Shown: piece by piece, positions 56,117-64,000 of the stretch
How positions within the stretch are numbered: the first letter of the stretch is position 1
How the letters are laid out: each line of letters opens with the position of its first letter
Source of the DNA: Lentibacillus sp.
GTDB taxonomy: Bacteria > Bacillota > Bacilli > Bacillales > Amphibacillaceae
Direction: 5' to 3'
NCBI RefSeq assembly: GCF_035301925.1
Contig: NZ_DATGTI010000088.1
Location: forward strand, 3-64,002
Length of the DNA stretch: 64,000 bases
Notes under the pieces: model-generated
Database searches by the model: none
The model's input: only the letters and a program-made list of their open reading frames with translations
Told to the model about the DNA's origin: nothing
Translations under genes and position numbers: made by a program

Positions 56117-57556
56117 ATGATGAACAGTAATCAGAAAAAAACACCTTTATATGATGCTCTGAAACAGTTTGCTGACAGCAGCCCGGTTTCATTTCATGTT
56201 CCCGGCCATGAAAACGGCCGTATTTTCCCGGACCAGGCACGGGAACATTTTGGGTCTTTATTGCCGCTGGATCTGACGGAGCTGTCAGGACTGGATGATT
56301 TGCATGCGCCAAATGGTATGATCAATAAAGCACAGGAGCTGGCTGCGGATTTTTTCGGGGCGAACCATACGCATTTTCTGGTTGGCGGCAGTACAGCAGG
56401 GAATCTGGCCATGATTTTATCAACAGTTTCCGCAGGTGATAAAATCATTGTGCAGCGCAATAGCCATAAGTCAATTTTCAATGGACTGGAATTGACTGGT
56501 GCAAGACCAATTTTTCTTTCGCCGGTGTTTGATGATTCTGTTAATCGTTATACGGCACCGGATATCGAAACAATGAGGAAGGCACTTAAGCAGCACCCCG
56601 AGGCCAAAGCGGTTATGTTGACCTATCCGGATTATTTCGGCAAAACATTTGAAATGAGAGAAATCATTAAGCTTTTCCATGAATATGATATACCAGTGCT
56701 GGTTGATGAAGCCCATGGGGTCCACTTTCCATCAAGCAGTGCGTTCCCGGATTCTGCACTGGCACTTGGGGCGGATGCAGTAGTTCAGTCAGCGCATAAA
56801 ATGGCACCGGCGATGACGATGGGGGCTTATTTGCATACACGGACAGGACGGATTTCTGACAGCCGTATTCATCATTATCTGCAAATGCTTCAATCGAGCA
56901 GTCCGTCGTATCCTATTATGGCTTCACTGGATTTGGCGCGTTCTTTTTTAGCAAATTTAACAGCGCACAATCTGGCATTAATATTGGAAAGTGCCCATCA
57001 GGTCAGTAACATGCTTGATTCAAGCGATTATTGGGACGTCCTATGGGCAGATGATCCGCTGAAAATCACACTGCAGGTGAAACATGGAATGACCGGGAAG
57101 AAAATAGCCGATTTATTTGAAGCGCAAGGCATTTACCCGGAACTATCGACCCACACCCAAGTTCTGTTTATTCATGGGCTTGCGCCTTTTGATAAGTTTA
57201 ATCATCTGAAAAATGCGGTCGGACATATCGGTACTCAATTAAAAAATACACCGAATCATGATATAATAAATACAAACAATCTTTTTACAGAACGTCTGAT
57301 GGAGCTTGACTTGGATTATACAACAATGCACAAGCTTAGTGTAACGCAAGTTCCGTTTCAGCAATCGGCTGGATATATCGCGGCAGAGGCTGTCACGCCA
57401 TATCCGCCCGGAATACCTCTTATCCTGAAGGGTGAACGAATTACCCGTCACCATATTCGGATATTGGAAGCTTTCCATCAGCAAGGTGTTCATTTTCAGC
57501 ATTTGGATATAAACAACGAAATAAATGTTTTTCAAATAAGAAGATGTTCAAAATAA
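56117..57556 (+). CDS. yaaO: Orn/Lys/Arg decarboxylase family protein YaaO
   Basis: SFHVPGH, VDEAHG, QSAHK and SSSPSY motifs; the ORF-track start at 56084 is the repeat end. Confidence 0.92.
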   Translation: MMNSNQKKTPLYDALKQFADSSPVSFHVPGHENGRIFPDQAREHFGSLLPLDLTELSGLDDLHAPNGMINKAQELAADFFGANHTHFLVGGSTAGNLAMILSTVSAGDKIIVQRNSHKSIFNGLELTGARPIFLSPVFDDSVNRYTAPDIETMRKALKQHPEAKAVMLTYPDYFGKTFEMREIIKLFHEYDIPVLVDEAHGVHFPSSSAFPDSALALGADAVVQSAHKMAPAMTMGAYLHTRTGRISDSRIHHYLQMLQSSSPSYPIMASLDLARSFLANLTAHNLALILESAHQVSNMLDSSDYWDVLWADDPLKITLQVKHGMTGKKIADLFEAQGIYPELSTHTQVLFIHGLAPFDKFNHLKNAVGHIGTQLKNTPNHDIINTNNLFTERLMELDLDYTTMHKLSVTQVPFQQSAGYIAAEAVTPYPPGIPLILKGERITRHHIRILEAFHQQGVHFQHLDINNEINVFQIRRCSK

Positions 57557-57570
57557 AGGAGCAACAGCAC

Positions 57571-58547
<977 letters not shown>

Positions 58548-58579
58548 AACAAAAGAAGAAGACTAAGGGGGCTGAACTG

Positions 58580-59020
58580 ATGAAAGTCAATCCGGAATTG
58601 CAATCAAAAATGGATACAGCAAGAAAAGCACAGCTATCACCTGCAGAAAGCCGTCAATCATTTAATGGAATGGTTCAGTCCCAAACTCATGAGCTGAAAC
58701 AGCAGGAAATTCAGCAGCTGATGAAGAATATTACGGTACAGGGTGATAGGCTTGCCCGCTTTCGTTCTTTTCGCGACTTGGCTAAGTTTAAACGAATGGT
58801 TAAACGGTTTTTGCAGGAAACCGTATATGATGGACTGGCGTTACAGACATCACACCATTTCAGCATGGAGGGCCGTAATCAAAAGCTGGCAATTGTCAAA
58901 GAAGTGGATGAAAGACTGGTTGAATTAACGGAAGAAATCATGAATCAGGAACGAAAAACGGTGGACTTGCTTGGCCTTATCGGGGAAATAAAGGGTCTAT
59001 TGGTTAATCTATATACGTAA
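58580..59020 (+). CDS. yaaR: YaaR family protein (DUF327)
   Basis: GEIKGLLVNLY C-terminus; synteny. Confidence 0.9.
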   Translation: MKVNPELQSKMDTARKAQLSPAESRQSFNGMVQSQTHELKQQEIQQLMKNITVQGDRLARFRSFRDLAKFKRMVKRFLQETVYDGLALQTSHHFSMEGRNQKLAIVKEVDERLVELTEEIMNQERKTVDLLGLIGEIKGLLVNLYT

Positions 59021-59038
59021 GTAAAAAGAGGGAAAGAA

Positions 59039-60028
59039 ATGACAACGTGGTCTGAAATAGCCAAAATCCAGCCGCTGGCAAGCAAAATCATCACTAACAG
59101 CATTAAAAGGGACCGCGTTTCTCATGCCTATTTACTCCAGGGGGAACGCGGAACAGGAAAAGAGGCCATTGCACTACTGCTGGCAAAAACGCTATTTTGC
59201 AGTAATCGTTCTGGTGTCGAACCTTGCCGGGAATGTAATGAATGCAAACGAATTGAGTCAGGCAACCATCCTGACGTACATTGGATTGAACCTGACGGAC
59301 AGTCAATTCGCAAAGAACAGATTGAACATTTGCAAAAAGAATTCACTTATTCGGGTCTGGAATCCGATCAAAAGGTCTATGTTGTAAAGGGTGCTGATAC
59401 GCTGACACCAAATGCGTCCAACCGTATTTTGAAGTTTTTGGAAGAGCCATCCAAAAAGACAACTGCCATACTCATGACCGAAAACAGTTCATCGATCATT
59501 CCGACAATTCATTCACGCTGTCAGGTGATTGATTTGAAACCGCTCAACCCGCAAACTGTTCAACGGCAATTAATTGATTATGGCTTTCCTCGAAGGACGG
59601 CTGTCTTACTCAGTACCCTAACCAATAACCTGGATGAAGCGATATCGCTTGGTGAAGATGAGTGGTTTGCGCAGGCACGAAAATTAATGATACAATTAAT
59701 AGAAACGATTTCAACAAACCCGAATGATGCTTTTTTGTTTATCCACCAGCAGTGGATGCCGCATTTTAGGGAACGCTCGCAGCAGGAACAAGGATTGGAT
59801 TTGCTGCTGCTGGCATTTAAGGATATACTCTATTGTCATATTGGCAAAGAAGATAATACGGTCGTGTTTGCGAAGGATGACGGGAAAATTGAAAATCTGG
59901 TGATGTTCTTTTCACAGGAAAAATTGCTTGATATATTGAATAAACTGCTTGATGCGAAACGGAAACTCAGGCAAAACGTCAACCCGACACTTGTGATGGA
60001 GCAGCTCACCATTCAAATACAGGGGTGA
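59039..60028 (+). CDS. holB: DNA polymerase III subunit delta'
   Basis: SHAYLL, zinc module, GNHPDV and LKFLEEP. Confidence 0.96.
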   Translation: MTTWSEIAKIQPLASKIITNSIKRDRVSHAYLLQGERGTGKEAIALLLAKTLFCSNRSGVEPCRECNECKRIESGNHPDVHWIEPDGQSIRKEQIEHLQKEFTYSGLESDQKVYVVKGADTLTPNASNRILKFLEEPSKKTTAILMTENSSSIIPTIHSRCQVIDLKPLNPQTVQRQLIDYGFPRRTAVLLSTLTNNLDEAISLGEDEWFAQARKLMIQLIETISTNPNDAFLFIHQQWMPHFRERSQQEQGLDLLLLAFKDILYCHIGKEDNTVVFAKDDGKIENLVMFFSQEKLLDILNKLLDAKRKLRQNVNPTLVMEQLTIQIQG

Positions 60029-60032
60029 TTGA

Positions 60033-60860
60033 GTGATTGACGTAATCGGCGTCCGTTTTAAAAAGGCGGGTAAAATATATTATTTTGATCCGGGAAACAA
60101 TGATATAGAAGTTGATCAATATGTTGTTGTTGAAACGGTTCGCGGTATTGAGTTCGGAAAAGTTGTCATTACGAATAAGCAGGTTGATGAAGAGGATGTT
60201 GTGCTTCCGCTTAAAAAAGTTATTCGTTTGGCGGATGAAAAGGACAAATTAACAGTTGTTGAAAACAAGGAGCTTGCTGACAAGGCGCTGGCATCATGCA
60301 CCAAAAAAATTAAGGAACACCAACTGGATATGAATCTGGTAGATGTTGAATATACATTTGACCGCAATAAAATTATTTTTTATTTTACAGCAGACGGCCG
60401 GGTGGATTTCCGGAACCTGGTGAAAGATCTGGCAGCAGCATTCAAAACACGAATTGAACTCAGACAGATCGGTGTGCGCGATGAAGCAAAGATGCTGGGC
60501 GGGATTGGCCCATGTGGCAGAATGCTCTGCTGCTCAACATTTCTTGGGGATTTTGAACCGGTATCCATCAAAATGGCTAAAGATCAGAACCTGTCATTAA
60601 ACCCTGCAAAAATCTCCGGGTTGTGCGGCCGGCTCATGTGCTGCCTGAAGTATGAGAATGATGACTATGAAGCGGCAAAACGTGAATTGCCTGATATCGG
60701 CGAACATGTTAAAACGCCATATGGTGAGGGCAAAGTAGTCGGTTTGAATATTCTGGAACGTGTTATTCATATCGAATTACCTGAAGATGAACGTGTGATC
60801 GAATACACGTTAGATGAAATGATCGATGAGGGCATTATTACAGCGCAAGCCACAGAATAG
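60033..60860 (+). CDS. ricT: PSP1-domain protein RicT (YaaT)
   Basis: [25 protein letters not shown] and [11 protein letters not shown] motifs. Confidence 0.96.
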   Translation: MIDVIGVRFKKAGKIYYFDPGNNDIEVDQYVVVETVRGIEFGKVVITNKQVDEEDVVLPLKKVIRLADEKDKLTVVENKELADKALASCTKKIKEHQLDMNLVDVEYTFDRNKIIFYFTADGRVDFRNLVKDLAAAFKTRIELRQIGVRDEAKMLGGIGPCGRMLCCSTFLGDFEPVSIKMAKDQNLSLNPAKISGLCGRLMCCLKYENDDYEAAKRELPDIGEHVKTPYGEGKVVGLNILERVIHIELPEDERVIEYTLDEMIDEGIITAQATE

Positions 60861-60873
60861 TGGGGTGATAAGC

Positions 60874-61218
60874 GTGTCAAAACGGCAGATTTTCGATCAG
60901 GTATCCGATATGGAAACACAAATTGGTGAATTATATGAACAGCTGGGTGATTTAAAAGGAAAATTAAGTGACCTGCTGGAGGAAAAACATCGTCTGGAGA
61001 TGGAAAATTACCATTTGCGTAGCCGTCTCGAGCAAGCTGATGATGATTTTAAGGAAAATAAAATGGTGAATGACACCAGCAATATACCCGGAGAGGGTTA
61101 CGATAACCTGGCAAGGCTTTATGAAGAAGGATTCCATATTTGCAATGTGCATTTTGGCACGCCACGGCGAGAAGAGGATTGCTTATTTTGTCTTCAGTTT
61201 CTCAGCAAAACCAAATAG
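60874..61218 (+). CDS. yabA: Replication initiation control protein YabA
   Basis: [24 protein letters not shown] motif. Confidence 0.96.
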   Translation: MSKRQIFDQVSDMETQIGELYEQLGDLKGKLSDLLEEKHRLEMENYHLRSRLEQADDDFKENKMVNDTSNIPGEGYDNLARLYEEGFHICNVHFGTPRREEDCLFCLQFLSKTK

Positions 61219-61285
61219 TGTATTATAGAGCTGTCTCTATCCGGTAGAGGCAGTTTTTATATCGCTTAAAGAACGGAAGTGTTGA

Positions 61286-62032
61286 ATGGTACAGCTATTT
61301 GATGGTGAACGACTTGATTACTTATTGGCAGAGGACAATATGCATATTATTCAGAGTCATGAGGTGTTTTCCTTTTCCCTAGATGCTGTATTGTTGGCTC
61401 ATTTTGCTTATGTGCCGATCAAAAAGGGGCATATTCTTGATTTATGCACCGGAAATGGTGTGATACCATTATTGTTATCACGGCGGACATATGCTTCAAT
61501 TACCGGCGTTGAAATACAGGAGCGGCTTGTTGACATGGCAAAACGGAGTGTCGAGCTGAATGGGCTTAATGACCGGTTAACCATGATTCACGGTGATTTA
61601 AAAGATATGAAGACTGTTTTGGGGCACAGTGCATTCGATGTGGTGACGTGCAATCCACCATACTTTCCGACACCTGCTAAAACGGAGCATAATCGGAATG
61701 ACTACTTAACGATAGCACGGCATGAAGTTCACAGCACGCTGGAAGATGTCGTTAAAGCCAGCAAACTGCATGTACGGCCAGGCGGGAAGGTTGCAATGGT
61801 ACACCGCCCCGGCAGACTGGTGGATATTATCACGTTATTCCGGCAATATAAAATTGAACCGAAACGGCTTCAGTTTGTCTATCCTAAACGCGGAAGGGAT
61901 GCCAATATGCTTTTGATTGAAGGGATCCGGGATGGCAGTGCTGATTTGACGATTTTACCGCCTTTATACATCTACAATGATGATAATACGTATACAACGG
62001 AAGCAGAGGGAATCATTTATGGAAAACAATGA
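61286..62032 (+). CDS. yabB: tRNA1(Val) A37 N6-methyltransferase (YabB/TrmN6)
   Basis: [17 protein letters not shown] and CNPPYF motifs. Confidence 0.92.
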   Translation: MVQLFDGERLDYLLAEDNMHIIQSHEVFSFSLDAVLLAHFAYVPIKKGHILDLCTGNGVIPLLLSRRTYASITGVEIQERLVDMAKRSVELNGLNDRLTMIHGDLKDMKTVLGHSAFDVVTCNPPYFPTPAKTEHNRNDYLTIARHEVHSTLEDVVKASKLHVRPGGKVAMVHRPGRLVDIITLFRQYKIEPKRLQFVYPKRGRDANMLLIEGIRDGSADLTILPPLYIYNDDNTYTTEAEGIIYGKQ

Positions 62033-62312
62033 ACATATCGTTTATATTCTGAAATGTGCCGACAACACACTTTATACCGGCTACACAAACGATTTGGAGC
62101 ATCGCCTCAGGATGCACGAGGAAGGAAAGGGTGCTAAGTATACGCGCGGCCGCGGCCCGTTTCAGGTCGTTTTTGTGGAAAAGTTTCCGACAAAAAAGGA
62201 AGCCATGCAGCGGGAACATCAGATCAAACAGCTTACCCGAAAAGGAAAAGCCCAGTTAATCCGGGATAAGCTGAAAGAAGTGATGACCTATGAAAATTCA
62301 AAAGAGTTTTAG
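62019..62312 (+). CDS. yazA: GIY-YIG nuclease family protein YazA
   Basis: [25 protein letters not shown] motif. Confidence 0.93.
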   Translation: MENNEHIVYILKCADNTLYTGYTNDLEHRLRMHEEGKGAKYTRGRGPFQVVFVEKFPTKKEAMQREHQIKQLTRKGKAQLIRDKLKEVMTYENSKEF

Positions 62313-63171
62313 CGGACAGGAACAGCATACGGTTTATGTTGTGCCGACCCCGATCGGGAATCTGGAGGATATCACTTTCCGGGCATTAAAGACATTGAAG
62401 GACGTTTCTGTGATTGCTGCGGAAGATACCAGAAATACGAAGAAGCTGCTTCATTACTTTGACATCAAAACACCACTTGTCAGTTACCACGAGCACAATA
62501 AAGAAAGCCGGGGGAAACAGCTGATGAACCGCCTGGACAATGGTGAATCAATCGCGGTTGTCAGTGATGCGGGTATGCCCGGCATATCAGATCCGGGTTT
62601 CGAATTGGTACAGCAAGCGATTGAAACGGATTATCCGGTCGTTGTTTTACCTGGCGCAAATGCCGCATTATGTGCACTCGTCGGGTCAGGACTGTCGGCA
62701 GATGAATTTTTATTCTATGGGTTCTTGCCCCGTAAGAAGAAAGAAAAAGAAGCTGAACTGGAGCGGTTAAAGCGGTTAAATGGGACACTGCTTCTGTATG
62801 AATCGCCTTATCGAATAAAAGATACGCTAAAAATGGTGCATGCACATTTGGGCAACCGGCAGATCTCAATCGCCCGTGAACTGACGAAGAAATATGAAGA
62901 ATATATTCGCGGTCATGTCGCTGAGCTTATTGACTGGGCTGACAAAACGGAACTGAAAGGTGAATTTTGTCTAGTCATTGAAGGGACTTCCAATGAATCA
63001 GCACCGAAAAATAAGCTATGGTGGAGCAGCTTTTCAATCGTTGAACATGTCACGCATTATATGCGTCAAGCGGACCTTTCCAGTAAAGAAGCAATCAAAC
63101 TTGTTGCAGCGGACCGCCAGATGTCCAAACGTGATGTTTATCAGGCATACCATATTGACCAGAAGGAGTAA
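62290..63171 (+). CDS. rsmI: 16S rRNA C1402 2'-O-methyltransferase
   Basis: PTPIGNLEDIT, AAEDTR, SDAGMPGISDPG and ARELTK motifs. Confidence 0.97.
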   Translation: MKIQKSFSGQEQHTVYVVPTPIGNLEDITFRALKTLKDVSVIAAEDTRNTKKLLHYFDIKTPLVSYHEHNKESRGKQLMNRLDNGESIAVVSDAGMPGISDPGFELVQQAIETDYPVVVLPGANAALCALVGSGLSADEFLFYGFLPRKKKEKEAELERLKRLNGTLLLYESPYRIKDTLKMVHAHLGNRQISIARELTKKYEEYIRGHVAELIDWADKTELKGEFCLVIEGTSNESAPKNKLWWSSFSIVEHVTHYMRQADLSSKEAIKLVAADRQMSKRDVYQAYHIDQKE

Positions 63172-63272
63172 GCCCTCTACAACTATATCAAAGATTTTGA
63201 TGGAGCTTCCAAAGTTTTTGAAGGGGACTTCTCGGCAAATCTGTTAAATTAACGATTAAGAATAACAGTACC

Positions 63273-63316
63273 AAAAAAACGGCTGACGTTGGAAAACCAA
63301 TGCGTCAGCCGTTTTT
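63273..63316. terminator. Bidirectional terminator between rsmI and abrB
   Basis: AAAAAAACGGCTGACG...CGTCAGCCGTTTTT inverted repeat. Confidence 0.75.
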
Positions 63317-63348
63317 CGAACATACAGTCGCTGTCATACAAGATTTAG

Positions 63349-63636
63349 TTATTTGTCTAATTGTGATTGGATTTCTTCAACAAGTTGTTCTGCACCTTCA
63401 GGGCTGAGAACGATTTTACCGTTTGCCAGTGAGAAATTATCATCGGATGTTTCCCCAGTAATCTGACACGTCATATTCGGCGTGTATTTTTTTAATACGA
63501 CTTTGTCATCATCGATATAAATTTCCAGGGCATCTTTCTCGTTAATGTCAAGTGTACGGCGCAATTCGATCGGAAGGACGACACGGCCGAGTTCATCAAC
63601 CTTCCGAACAATTCCGGTAGATTTCATGTTTTCCAT
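63349..63636 (-). CDS. abrB: Transition-state regulator AbrB
   Basis: MKSTGIVRKVDELGRVVLPIELRR N-terminus. Confidence 0.97.
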   Translation of the reverse strand: MENMKSTGIVRKVDELGRVVLPIELRRTLDINEKDALEIYIDDDKVVLKKYTPNMTCQITGETSDDNFSLANGKIVLSPEGAEQLVEEIQSQLDK

Positions 63637-63676
63637 TTCTCCCCTCTAATAGCTTTTTTATGCCATTCTAAAATTT

Positions 63677-63693
63677 TTCGGCATGTTTCGACA
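63677..63693 (-). promoter_or_regulatory. Tandem Spo0A boxes upstream of abrB
   Basis: TGTCGAA (63687-63693) and TGCCGAA (63677-63683), 10 bp apart. Confidence 0.8.
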
Positions 63694-63845
63694 CTTGCTT
63701 ATGGAATATAGTACCAGCCATTATGACCGGTGTCAATAAATATATCACACATGATTAACATAAATATGAAAATTCACGCAACTAAACAATTCGTTTATTT
63801 TTTGTTAAAATGACGGTTATCAAGAAAAGCGCTGATAGTCTGTGA

Positions 63846-64000
<155 letters not shown>

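Noticed and set aside
57523-57560. Imperfect tandem ATGTTTTTCAAATAAG/ATGTTCAAAATAAAG at the yaaO-tmk junction
   Set aside because: Too short and AT-rich to separate from chance; it only creates a false upstream ATG for tmk
62019-62312. GIY-YIG protein as a homing endonuclease
   Set aside because: It is the conserved stand-alone yazA in its usual yabB-rsmI position; no intron or intein is visible

Overview
This window is the replication-origin region of a Bacillaceae chromosome. Gene order and acidic secreted proteins suggest a moderately halophilic Virgibacillus/Lentibacillus/Oceanobacillus-like organism (inference). The conserved backbone runs rpsF(partial)-ychF-...-spo0J-soj-noc-rsmG-mnmG-mnmE-jag-yidC-rnpA-rpmH-oriC-dnaA-dnaN-recF-gyrBA-yaaC-guaB-dacA-pdxST-serS-tRNA-Ser-dck-dgk-yaaH-tadA-SRP RNA-dnaX-recR-bofA-csfB-tmk-holB-yabA-rsmI-abrB-metS(partial). 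Accessory insertions are a metNIQ-amidohydrolase operon under two tandem SAM-I riboswitches, an ECF sigma/anti-sigma pair, a T-box-controlled proI, tRNA-Arg(CCT), a dicarboxylate symporter, acsA and a PfpI protein. I see no phage, CRISPR array, transposase or defence system. The most unusual signal is non-coding. Nine copies of a bcr1-like intergenic repeat occur in three nested size classes: an outer element bounded by TTTAT, a ~63-bp module bounded by TGTTC, and a 60-bp module bounded by AGGA. The middle module also sits inside an unrelated repeat family. Other points worth checking: both near-origin rRNA operon positions known from B. subtilis are empty, the intragenic parS lies in the gene downstream of spo0J rather than in spo0J, and several G:C>A:T-type changes fall at normally conserved residues. 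Family assignments come from motif recognition and synteny; no database search was run.
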